Source: an uncultured Gammaproteobacteria bacterium (GTDB lineage: Bacteria > Patescibacteriota > Patescibacteriia > VMEV01 > CAYQCH01). From it: a stretch of 62,758 nucleotides of DNA. The notes under the pieces are model-generated. The model ran no database searches and was not told the origin of the DNA. It saw nothing but the letters and a program-made list of their open reading frames with translations. The stretch spans positions 1 through 62,758 of the forward strand of contig CAYGRO010000008.1 of NCBI GenBank assembly GCA_964352335.1, given 5' to 3'. Position 1 is the first letter of the stretch. The number at the start of each line of letters is the position of its first letter. Both the position numbers and the translations under genes were made by a program. Of the stretch, positions 37,006 to 45,962 are shown piece after piece.

Positions 37006-37698
37006 TTACGGAGATCCCGGCTGAACGAGCGGAAGGCGCTTTTGCGCATACCGAACGATGTCTCTGCAGTAGGTCACCTCGTGTTTTTGAGGCAACTCTA
37101 TTACAAAGCGGTCTTCTTTTGGTGGGAGAATACGTCGCGCACCACGAAAGTTCCGGGCTAGCCCCAAAAACTTATCAAGATCGGTCTCAACCACCTTTTT
37201 TCTTTTGGCACTAGCTTCGATTACGGTATTCAAACCCGTTGCAATGCCAACATGTCCAACCCCTTTGTCTGGATCATGCTCAAAATAGTTCTGAGGCCCA
37301 GTAGTGAAGATCAAGTCTCCACTCTGAAGAGAGTCCAGGTCGACTTCTTGACCACAAGCCCGCTGGTCAATGGAAGGGCGTGGTAAGCTGATCCCAGCCT
37401 GAGCGTACACCCACTTCACGAAGCTCGAGCAATCAACGACTGTCGGAGCATCGTGTATAGAGGCCTCTAGTTTGTAGACCGAGAGTGTATGTATTCGTAT
37501 ACGAGCTTCTTGCTCAGGGTCAGAGAAAACATGTTTGAAGCCGAGCTCATGGATGATGATATCGGCAAGAGCATCCCTGTCGCAGGGAAAGTTGTCACAC
37601 CAGCGCAAATCGATCATCGCACGGTTTCCTGCAATCGGGTAATTCTGCACGTCACACCTCATGGTTGAAATATGAGGATAATCAAAAAGACTATCCAA
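37006..37698 (-). CDS. NlpC/P60 (C40) family peptidase without signal peptide (GC-rich cassette J)
   Basis: Catalytic-core pattern DCSSFVKWVYAQAGISLPR ... GDLIF ... VGHVGIATG..VIEA. The N-terminal 90 aa are unassigned. Confidence 0.72.
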   Translation of the reverse strand: MDSLFDYPHISTMRCDVQNYPIAGNRAMIDLRWCDNFPCDRDALADIIIHELGFKHVFSDPEQEARIRIHTLSVYKLEASIHDAPTVVDCSSFVKWVYAQAGISLPRPSIDQRACGQEVDLDSLQSGDLIFTTGPQNYFEHDPDKGVGHVGIATGLNTVIEASAKRKKVVETDLDKFLGLARNFRGARRILPPKEDRFVIELPQKHEVTYCRDIVRYAQKRLPLVQPGSP

Positions 37699-37797
37699 AA
37701 ACTGACTCTAATACGATTAGAAACAATTTTTAGATAGCCTTCACACCTTATAGAATATCGCTAGACCAAGTTGTAAGAGTATTCGTAATTTTCATAA

Positions 37798-39018
37798 CTA
37801 GTCTGCTATTAATTTTCTATATCCACGTTTTCCTTTTTGCAAAATATCTCCATTCTCAATCATCACTTTTGCATTTGCATCTGTTTGTACTTCGTCTCGT
37901 AAATGTACTGCATTTTGTTCAATCATTCTTCTGGCATCACTTTTACTTGAACAAAGACCACTTTCTACGAGTAAATCGACAAGCATCATTGTTTTTGAAC
38001 TTACTTTTACTTCTTCAATCTCTTCTGGCATTCCACCTTTTTGAAATTGGTCAATAAAAGCTTGTTGAGCAGGTTCTGCCTGTTCTGCCCCATGGTACAT
38101 GGTGACTAATTCACGACCAAGACGCATTTTGATATCTCTTGGATTGGCCCCATTTTTAAGTTCATTTTCAATTTCAGTAATTTCATCTGTCGTTAGCTTG
38201 GTTGTTAGAGTAAAATATTGAACTAATAATTCATCTTTCACCGACATCACACGACCAAACATATCATTTGGATCTGCTGTAATAGGGATATGATTATGGT
38301 AGCTTTTTGACATTTTTCGACCGTCGGAACCTTCTAATAAGGCCATGGTCATCACATGCTTTTCTTCATTTCGTAGCTTGCTCTTTAAAGTTCGTCCCGC
38401 CAGCATATTAAATAGTTGATCGGAACCACCTAATTCTAGGTCTACATCCATAGCGACAGAATCATACCCTTGCATAAGTGGGTAAAAGAATTCATGCATA
38501 TGAATAGGTCTTCCCTCTTTCATTCGTTTATCAAACATATCTCGCTCAAGCATTTGTTGAACGGTAAAATTTGTTGAAAGCTCAATAATGTCACCAAAAC
38601 TTAATTTGCTTAACCATTCACTATTGTATTTAAGCTCAATTTGATTTTCACCATCAAAATCTAAAATCTTGGCCGCTTGTGCTTGGTAATCTTTGGCATT
38701 TTCTAACACTTCTTCTGATGTTAAAGATTTTCGCAATTGGTCTTTCCCGGTTGGGTCACCAATCATGGCAGTAAAATCCCCTACCAAAAGAATCACTTTA
38801 TGACCCCAATCTTGTAATTGCCGTAATTTATGCAAACCAATCGCATGACCAAGATGAAGCTCAGTCCCAGTTGGGTCAAACCCTTGGTAGACACGGATCT
38901 GTTTTCCAGAAAGCAAAATCTCTTGCAGTTTTTCTTTATCAATAACCTCGCTTACTCCACGAGATAAAAATTCTTCGACTTGTGTTTTTGTTGGTTTGTT
39001 CATAATGGTGTTGGTCAA
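37798..39018 (-). CDS. tyrS: tyrosine--tRNA ligase
   Basis: 406-aa ORF with the HLGH and KMSKS motifs and a C-terminal S4-like domain. Confidence 0.9.
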   Translation of the reverse strand: MTNTIMNKPTKTQVEEFLSRGVSEVIDKEKLQEILLSGKQIRVYQGFDPTGTELHLGHAIGLHKLRQLQDWGHKVILLVGDFTAMIGDPTGKDQLRKSLTSEEVLENAKDYQAQAAKILDFDGENQIELKYNSEWLSKLSFGDIIELSTNFTVQQMLERDMFDKRMKEGRPIHMHEFFYPLMQGYDSVAMDVDLELGGSDQLFNMLAGRTLKSKLRNEEKHVMTMALLEGSDGRKMSKSYHNHIPITADPNDMFGRVMSVKDELLVQYFTLTTKLTTDEITEIENELKNGANPRDIKMRLGRELVTMYHGAEQAEPAQQAFIDQFQKGGMPEEIEEVKVSSKTMMLVDLLVESGLCSSKSDARRMIEQNAVHLRDEVQTDANAKVMIENGDILQKGKRGYRKLIAD

Positions 39019-39019
39019 A

Positions 39020-39164
39020 TACCACCCCTCGATCCCCTCCTAACTTAGCTCTCGGCCATGAGCTCGAGCCGAATGGGAGGGGAAGGAATAATATTCTTGT
39101 CTTACATATATTCTATTTTACCGTACTTCCCCCCCCTATGTTAGGAGGGGGCCAGGGGGTGGTA
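39020..39164. repeat. MITE-like nested-palindrome element, family 2, copy 2
   Basis: Termini taccacccc / ggggtggta. Its internal CCCTCC/GGAGGG hairpins fill the whole tyrS-valS spacer. Confidence 0.6.
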
Positions 39165-39170
39165 ATATGA

Positions 39171-41843
39171 TTAACTGAGTACTTCAATTTGTTGTTTGAT
39201 CCCTTGAATTTTTTCTTTCGCTTCATCCAAATTATTTTGGTCACGCTCTACAACTTCTTTAGGAGCATTATCAACATATTGTTTATTCGATAATTTTTTC
39301 TCTAGACTTACAGTGTACTTTTCTAAATCAGCCAATTCTTTTTCTAGACGTTTTTTCTCTTCGGCGAAATCGATTAAACCATCTACAAATAAATGCACTT
39401 TTGTTCCACCAGAGAGATGATAGGTCATGACTTTTTCTTCTGTAGTAAAGCTATCAACAAAGCTTAATTCTGACAATTTCGCTCTAGATGTGAATAATTG
39501 TGCGAATGCATCATTCCCATTTTCTACAATAGCTTTCATTTCATTGCTGTAAGAGATTTTAAACTCTGCACGAGCATTTCGAATAGCTGAAAGCACTTCT
39601 TGATAATGCGCATACGCTTTTTCTGCTTCTTCATCAATCATTTTTGATTCTGTAAGTGGCCATGAAGCAGTAATAAGTTGTTGATCACCAGGATTTAATT
39701 GTTTCCAAAGCACTTCGGTGACAAAAGCCGTATACGGATGCCAAAGTTTAAGAAGATTTGTTAACAGATACAGTAAAATTTCTGATTTTGTTTCATCTTG
39801 TTCGATCTTTTTATCTTCTACATACCAATCTGCTAATTCATTCCAAGTAAATTGATAAAGATGTTCTCCTGCAGCCGAGAATTTATATTCTTCAATTTGT
39901 TTTGTTGTTGTTTCAATTAACTTTTGGAAACGAGAAAGAATCCATTTGTCGGCAATGGTTGTTGCTTTTGGTGCTTGTTCAACAATTTTTGGTTCATCTA
40001 CTTGTGTAAGAATAAACCTAGCAATATTCCAAAGTTTATTTACAAAATTTCTATACCCTTCGATTTTTTCTTCATAAAGTCGATTATCGTTTCCTGGAGT
40101 TGTTCCAATAACCATGCTTAAACGTACAGCATCAGCTCCGTATTTTTCAATCATTTCTACTGGATCGATTCCATTCCCTAGAGACTTCGACATTTTCTTG
40201 CCATGTTTATCTTTCACAAGACCATGCAAGTAAACTGTTTTAAAAGGAATCTCATCTAAAACATAGCCTGTCATTAACATCATGCGAGCTACCCAAAAGA
40301 AAATAATGTCATACCCTGTTTCCATTACTGAGTTTGGATGAAACTTTCTGTCGGCACTTTGTTTAAACCATTCAACAAGATCTAATTCTGCTTTGTCTTT
40401 ATCTAATAATGTAGACCAAGTCCACAAAGCTGAAGAAAACCAAGTGTCCAAAGTATCGGGATCTTGCTTCCACTCTCCCCCTTCTGGAGCACTCTCACCA
40501 ACAAACATCTCATTTTCAGTTTTTGAGTTTTTCAGGTTTTCAGCTTTTTCTGTCTTATACCAAACAGGAATTCTATGTCCCCACCAAATTTGTCGAGAAA
40601 TACACCAGTCACGTAGATTATCAATCCAGGCAAAATAGGTTTTTTCAAATCTCTCTGGAACAAATTTTACGTCATTACTTCTTACCATATCTTGCAACAT
40701 GGATTTGAGTGAATGTTCTTGTTCTTTATAGGTAAAACATTTTTTATTTACATCAATAAACCATTGCTCCATGATTTGTGGCTCAATCACTCCTTTAAAA
40801 CGATCTGACCGAGCAATATTATGTTTATAGTCTTCATCGATAGAAATAAGTAACCCCTTCTTCTCTAGTTTTTCTACAATTTTATTTCGGGCATCTTTAA
40901 TATTCATCCCTGCAAATTCTTCTGCAATAGGTAGCAAATTTCCTTCGAGGTCGATAATTTGTTCTTTGTCCAAATTATGTTTTTGAGCAATTTCAAAATC
41001 GATAACTGAATGCCATGGTGTAATAGTCATGACACCTGTTCCGAATTCTGGGTCAGCGGATGCATCTTTAATAATGGTTGCTTTCATTGGGCCATTAATC
41101 CATTCTAGTTCAATTTCTTGTCCATGTTTATATTCTTTATACCGAGCATCATCTGGATGCATGACAACATATTTGTCACCAAACTTTGTTTCTGGTCGAG
41201 CTGTTCCAATTTCAAAGGGACCATATTTAAAGGTATAGAATTTTGTTTTTTCTTCTTTATAATCCATTTCATCGTCGGCCACTGTTGTTTGCCCAATTGG
41301 ATCCCAATTAACAATTCTATGACCACGATAAATTAAACCGTCATTATACATTTTTACAAATACTTTTTTTACAGCTGAATTTCTTGTTTCGTCTAATGTA
41401 TAGGCTTCCCTATCCCAGTCGACACTCGAACCCATTGCTCGAACTTGGTTTCTAATTGTATCTTGAGAACCAGCCACAAATTCTTTTACTCGATTTAAAA
41501 ATTCTTCTCGGCCAAGATCATGGCGAGATTTCCCTTCTTCCTTTTTTAAAATTCCTTCCACCTTAGATTGTGTGGCAATGGCCGCATGGTCTGTTCCTGG
41601 TAACCACAAAGCCGCTTTTCCTTGCATTCGGTTGTAGCGAATCATTAAGTCTTGTAATGCAAGCATGGTTGCATGCCCAAGATGAAGTGTTCCCGTTGCA
41701 TTTGGTGGAGGAAGCACAATCGTAAAAGGATCACCATTTGGGTGAACTTCTGGTTTGAATAATCCTTTTTCTTCCCAGTCTTTATAAATCTTGGCTTCAA
41801 AGTCCGAAGCATTGTAGGTTTTGTCTAATTCCATAGTTTTCAT
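39171..41843 (-). CDS. valS: valine--tRNA ligase
   Basis: 890-aa ORF with PPPNATGTLHLGH, KMSKSLGN and a C-terminal coiled coil. Confidence 0.95.
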   Translation of the reverse strand: MKTMELDKTYNASDFEAKIYKDWEEKGLFKPEVHPNGDPFTIVLPPPNATGTLHLGHATMLALQDLMIRYNRMQGKAALWLPGTDHAAIATQSKVEGILKKEEGKSRHDLGREEFLNRVKEFVAGSQDTIRNQVRAMGSSVDWDREAYTLDETRNSAVKKVFVKMYNDGLIYRGHRIVNWDPIGQTTVADDEMDYKEEKTKFYTFKYGPFEIGTARPETKFGDKYVVMHPDDARYKEYKHGQEIELEWINGPMKATIIKDASADPEFGTGVMTITPWHSVIDFEIAQKHNLDKEQIIDLEGNLLPIAEEFAGMNIKDARNKIVEKLEKKGLLISIDEDYKHNIARSDRFKGVIEPQIMEQWFIDVNKKCFTYKEQEHSLKSMLQDMVRSNDVKFVPERFEKTYFAWIDNLRDWCISRQIWWGHRIPVWYKTEKAENLKNSKTENEMFVGESAPEGGEWKQDPDTLDTWFSSALWTWSTLLDKDKAELDLVEWFKQSADRKFHPNSVMETGYDIIFFWVARMMLMTGYVLDEIPFKTVYLHGLVKDKHGKKMSKSLGNGIDPVEMIEKYGADAVRLSMVIGTTPGNDNRLYEEKIEGYRNFVNKLWNIARFILTQVDEPKIVEQAPKATTIADKWILSRFQKLIETTTKQIEEYKFSAAGEHLYQFTWNELADWYVEDKKIEQDETKSEILLYLLTNLLKLWHPYTAFVTEVLWKQLNPGDQQLITASWPLTESKMIDEEAEKAYAHYQEVLSAIRNARAEFKISYSNEMKAIVENGNDAFAQLFTSRAKLSELSFVDSFTTEEKVMTYHLSGGTKVHLFVDGLIDFAEEKKRLEKELADLEKYTVSLEKKLSNKQYVDNAPKEVVERDQNNLDEAKEKIQGIKQQIEVLS

Positions 41844-41917
41844 GGTTCATGGTACATGGGGCATGGTTCAATTCAGTTGACTTAGGTTATGGGATGTACC
41901 ATATCCCATGAACCATG
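41841..41917. repeat. Imperfect palindromic element overlapping the valS start codon
   Basis: Terminal inverted 12-mers catggttcatgg / ccatgaaccatg, with an inner hairpin gggat-gtaccat-atccc. Confidence 0.6.
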
Positions 41918-42055
41918 TATTCCCTAAAATAGGGCTTAGAATATCTGAACTCTAACAAAATTAAACAGAATATTCAATCTTGGATAGACAAGGAGGTAAA
42001 ATAGTGGTAGAGTATTCTTTCGTTCTTTTTCAAATCGTTTGATGGATAGAAAAAA

Positions 42056-42730
42056 ATGGCAAAGTCGTCCGACCGTTCCCACCTTCTCACGAAGATGTTT
42101 CTGATTCTGTGCGTTTTCTTGACCATGGCTTTCCTGGTCTTGATTCAGGCGGAGTCAAGACAGAGCGAGCAGATCGAGAATCTTCAACTCGCTGTTGCTG
42201 AGCAGAACAAGGAGATCCAGCTGCAAAACAAGCTCCTTCTACTAGTCTACGACAAGCAAGGTGAGTTGTTTTACATGGAGCGTGGGATCGCGAGTGAAAA
42301 CTCGCAATCACTCACCCCAACCTTTAGCGTGGACAATACGCTAAAAGAGCTGCAAGAGGCACGTGAACTCATGGCGGGCACGATAGACATGCCTCAGTCG
42401 TTCATCCTCAAGCAGGAAAATGGCTTGTTCAAGACCGCTGTCCACATGCTCAAGCAAAACGAAGTATGGCTCTACCATCGTCCGGTATATGAGCCATATA
42501 TAAGGTTGTTCGAAGACGACCGCCTCTACGGTATTTCGTTAAGAGCTGGAGACATCATTCAATTGCATGGTCTCAGAGAGGTCAGCGAGTATGAGAACCT
42601 AGAAACTTCTCCGCTTGCAGACCAACTAATCATCTTCCTCATCCGAGGTGAAGAGAAGTTGGTCGACTCGGCAACAAGCACTAAACTGAGCCCGACAGCA
42701 AAGCAGGTCATCAATCTTTCACAAGATTGA
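42056..42730 (+). CDS. hypothetical membrane-anchored protein (GC-elevated cassette K)
   Basis: 224-aa ORF with one N-terminal TM helix and a short coiled-coil-like segment. Confidence 0.6.
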   Translation: MAKSSDRSHLLTKMFLILCVFLTMAFLVLIQAESRQSEQIENLQLAVAEQNKEIQLQNKLLLLVYDKQGELFYMERGIASENSQSLTPTFSVDNTLKELQEARELMAGTIDMPQSFILKQENGLFKTAVHMLKQNEVWLYHRPVYEPYIRLFEDDRLYGISLRAGDIIQLHGLREVSEYENLETSPLADQLIIFLIRGEEKLVDSATSTKLSPTAKQVINLSQD

Positions 42731-42943
42731 AGCTTGCACACTCAAGACATTCGCGAGTATCGGTAATCAACAAGTCTACTGACGAACCAGTCGACATGTT
42801 GAGACCACTCCTAAATTGGAGTGCGTGCAGGGTTGTAAGCATTAAAAGCTTCCCCTGCATTTTTGGTTATCATAATCTTTCTTGCGTGAATCCAGTGTCG
42901 CAACTTTGAGACACTTAACCACCCAAGAAAACTGGAGAGAATC

Positions 42944-44353
42944 GTGGAGAACAACCACTATCGTAATAACCAAATCGCCTACCGCAGTTGCCAAGTGATT
43001 GCGGTGGCCCTCGTCGTCATCGCTTTCATTATGGGGGTGGTGATTTCGAACCCACCTCAGAGTGTGACCCCACAAAACGGGTCAGTCTCACCCGTGGACA
43101 GCAAGCTTACCCCAACCACTGCTTCGCCAACACCATCCTCATCAGCTCTCAGCTCATTGAACTCGCAGGCGATGTTCATGATGGCCTATGAGCGAAGGGG
43201 GGAAACCCAAAAGATGGTCCTCGCCCAACTAACCTTGGGCGACAAGGGTTTGGAAATCGAACCTGTCCCACAAAGTGACGAGTTTCAACTACTCGGAACA
43301 AGGATGGCAACCATTGGCCTTGTACCAATGAACCGAAGCGGAATGTTTCAATGGCTCACCCTGAATCTAAGAGAGAACAACCACTTCCTCTTTAGGACGT
43401 CCCCCAACCTGGGGGTAACAGGGCTTGAGCTAACGTTCGCAGGGACGAGAGATATCGCCATGGAAGGCGAGAAAATCTTAGCCCTCGTCAACGACAAGTT
43501 CGTCACGATAGAGGACAATAAGAAACCAATGTTCCAGCCTCTTCCTGGAGGTGGGACGCTCTCGAGAATGTTTCAGGTGCATCAAGAGGGAAAGCTGGTT
43601 GGAACCTATTTTACGCAAATAGGAGACACCCCCCATCGGGGGAATTATGTCTTCTACAAACCCTCCAACCGTGCTGAACTCATGTTGACCCCGTTGTACA
43701 TTTTCCCACAGTCGATGGCATCGCTCGGCGACAAGACCTACATCTTCGGGATCGACAAGAACCGTCAGTTCAAGATGCTCGACCTAAACATCTCTTCCAC
43801 AGATGGAGAAGTCGTAAGGTCGACCACACTCGGTATGAAGTCGCCTCCGAACAGTATCGGCGTTGGCCACGCCTTCGTGCATACCCACCCCGACTCGGGA
43901 GCTCGAATGGCCTCACTCCTCATGTGGGACGACCCAAACCTACGACGGTTCGACGTGGTGACCGGTGCGGAACTTTCACCTACCGCCCTGAACATGTTCA
44001 CTGCAGGCATAGGTTCTGGCCACGAAGCTCGACAAAGCGTACAGCTCAAGCACAAGGACAGGCACTCAGCCTTCACCATGCAGAGCCTAGATGATCAAGG
44101 TAAGCCAACGGCAAGCCTCGTCGTCGGCCACGGTAAAACGTGGAAGACCATGAATGTTCGAGGCACCACCAATGGCCTCACCGCCAATGGTCGCTGGCTC
44201 GTCTGGGACGTGCGCAATACAGAAAGCGGGGCTGACCAAGTCCTGTTCCTCGACCTCGACGGCGAGATGAACGAATTCAGTGGCTCCCTCGTTCTGGGCA
44301 AATCCAACCCAGGCACCGAGATGCCAAGCTTCCTCGCGATCAATACGCGCTAG
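42944..44353 (+). CDS. hypothetical membrane-anchored beta-rich protein (GC-elevated cassette L)
   Basis: 469-aa ORF with a GTG start and the SD ggaga, an N-terminal TM helix, a Ser/Pro/Thr linker and a long beta-rich domain. Confidence 0.65.
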   Translation: MENNHYRNNQIAYRSCQVIAVALVVIAFIMGVVISNPPQSVTPQNGSVSPVDSKLTPTTASPTPSSSALSSLNSQAMFMMAYERRGETQKMVLAQLTLGDKGLEIEPVPQSDEFQLLGTRMATIGLVPMNRSGMFQWLTLNLRENNHFLFRTSPNLGVTGLELTFAGTRDIAMEGEKILALVNDKFVTIEDNKKPMFQPLPGGGTLSRMFQVHQEGKLVGTYFTQIGDTPHRGNYVFYKPSNRAELMLTPLYIFPQSMASLGDKTYIFGIDKNRQFKMLDLNISSTDGEVVRSTTLGMKSPPNSIGVGHAFVHTHPDSGARMASLLMWDDPNLRRFDVVTGAELSPTALNMFTAGIGSGHEARQSVQLKHKDRHSAFTMQSLDDQGKPTASLVVGHGKTWKTMNVRGTTNGLTANGRWLVWDVRNTESGADQVLFLDLDGEMNEFSGSLVLGKSNPGTEMPSFLAINTR

Positions 44354-44360
44354 GAAGACA

Positions 44361-44409
44361 AGAGCAGGGTCGAGGCACCAACCGCGCCTCCCCTGCTCTT
44401 TCTTTTTGT
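44361..44409 (+). terminator. Terminator of cassette K/L
   Basis: Stem agagcaggg..ccctgctct with inner gaggc/gcctc pairs, followed by tttctttttg. Confidence 0.65.
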
Positions 44410-44442
44410 CAATAAAACTGGACATTTTATTCATACATACTA

Positions 44443-44471
44443 TTGACAATAATCTACAATCTAGCTATTAT
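44443..44471 (+). promoter_or_regulatory. sigma70-like promoter for the DHH-like gene
   Basis: TTGACA, 17-nt spacer, TATTAT. Confidence 0.45.
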
Positions 44472-44537
44472 TACTAACTTCTCTAGAAGGGGAAGCGCTA
44501 AATACAATCCTCACTATAACAGTGAGAGACTAACGCA

Positions 44538-45677
44538 ATGTCTTTAACTATCTCACAACAAATTACGCAACAACTTGAAAAAAGTCAGTCTATTTTGATT
44601 GCACTTCCTCAAGAACCAAGTACAGATGCAATTTGTGCTGCTTTAACTTTGCGTGCTGTTTTAGAATCACAAAAAAAAGAGGTGTTGATTATTTCTGATC
44701 AGTTTAAACATCCAGAGAAACTTTCTTTTATTAAATCTCTAGATAAAATTCAACCAAGTTTTGATACAAAGAAAAAGTATATTATTGAAATCGACACAAA
44801 AGCTAATCCAATGGAAGATTTAAGTTATCAAGTAATTGATGACAAACTCCAAATTGTTTTAACCCCAAAAGATAAAGGGCTAGATAAAGAAGCGATTCAT
44901 ATTAAAAGTTCAATCGATTCATTTGATTTGATTATTACCATCAATACGGTCGAATTGGCCGTCCTTGGAATAACAATTCAGGACCAACAATCTCTTTTTG
45001 AAAAAACTCCCATTATTAATATTGACCATAGACCAGACAATGAACACTATGGTCAAATCGATTGGGTCGATATTAACGCTACTTCTACCTCAGAAATGCT
45101 AGCAAAGTATTTATTTGCAGAAAAAAAACCTTCAAAAGGATTAGCAACTATTTTACTCGCAGGAATGATGGATGAAACCCATTCATTTAGAACAGCACAA
45201 GTCAATTCTGAAGCCTTAGGAATTGTGGGTAAACTTTTAGACGCTGGTGCCGACCATGAAACAATTGTTAATAATCTTTATCGAACAAAAACGGTTGGAC
45301 TCTTAAAGCTTTGGGGGCATGTGCTCTCTCACTTACAATCTGACCGTGAACATTCGCTTGCTTGGTCTGTAATTCCAGAAAGTATTTTTTCTCTTACAGG
45401 AACAGATAGACGACATTTACATGATTTAATGGAAGAAGTTCTTGCTCATAGCCCAGAAGCAAAAACAGTCGTCCTCTTTTTAGAACAAAAAGATGGAAGC
45501 ATTGAAGTGCAAGTTTCTACTATGCCTCCACTTCATGCAAAAGATCTCATTAAAAATTGGCAACCACAAGGAAGTGAGCGCATTGCATCTGCTATACTAA
45601 AAGGAGGCAATCTTGCACAAATAGAAGAACAAGTTATTCGCTTAATTAAAGAACGACTAAACTCAAAACTACGCTAA
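44538..45677 (+). CDS. DHH-family-like protein with degenerate catalytic motifs
   Basis: 379-aa ORF with the NrnA-like layout, but PDGD is replaced by PSTDA and DHH by DHR. Confidence 0.55.
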   Translation: MSLTISQQITQQLEKSQSILIALPQEPSTDAICAALTLRAVLESQKKEVLIISDQFKHPEKLSFIKSLDKIQPSFDTKKKYIIEIDTKANPMEDLSYQVIDDKLQIVLTPKDKGLDKEAIHIKSSIDSFDLIITINTVELAVLGITIQDQQSLFEKTPIINIDHRPDNEHYGQIDWVDINATSTSEMLAKYLFAEKKPSKGLATILLAGMMDETHSFRTAQVNSEALGIVGKLLDAGADHETIVNNLYRTKTVGLLKLWGHVLSHLQSDREHSLAWSVIPESIFSLTGTDRRHLHDLMEEVLAHSPEAKTVVLFLEQKDGSIEVQVSTMPPLHAKDLIKNWQPQGSERIASAILKGGNLAQIEEQVIRLIKERLNSKLR

Positions 45678-45772
45678 CTCTTACAAATCCTCCCCTTTTT
45701 TTGACGAGAACTTAAAGCTTTGTTACGATTTCTTCATTCTTTTCATTTTTTTGCCTTTCTTGACCCCAGCGT

Positions 45773-45844
45773 GCGACCATAGCTCAGCGGTAGAGCACCA
45801 TGCTTATAACATGGAAGGCGACGGTTCGAATCCATCTGGTCGCA
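45773..45844 (+). tRNA. tRNA-Ile (anticodon UAU)
   Basis: Folded by hand: acceptor gcgacca/tggtcgc, D arm gctc/gagc, anticodon stem ccatg/catgg with loop ctTATaa, T arm gacgg-ttcgaat-ccatc with one C-A mismatch. CCA is not encoded. Confidence 0.75.
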
Positions 45845-45962
45845 CATTGGAGTTAAGTGAGAATTTTGTCCCCATAGCTATTGCAGTTGCGGAGAAAAAG
45901 GAGATTTTACTTCTATCAAGAAAATTGATCATACTAGTTGCAACCACCTTGAAACGACAACT

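Noticed and set aside
39019-42055. T-box or other riboswitch leaders upstream of tyrS and valS
   Set aside because: The upstream regions are occupied by the family-2 MITE-like element and the palindromic word repeat. I saw no T-box specifier or antiterminator consensus.
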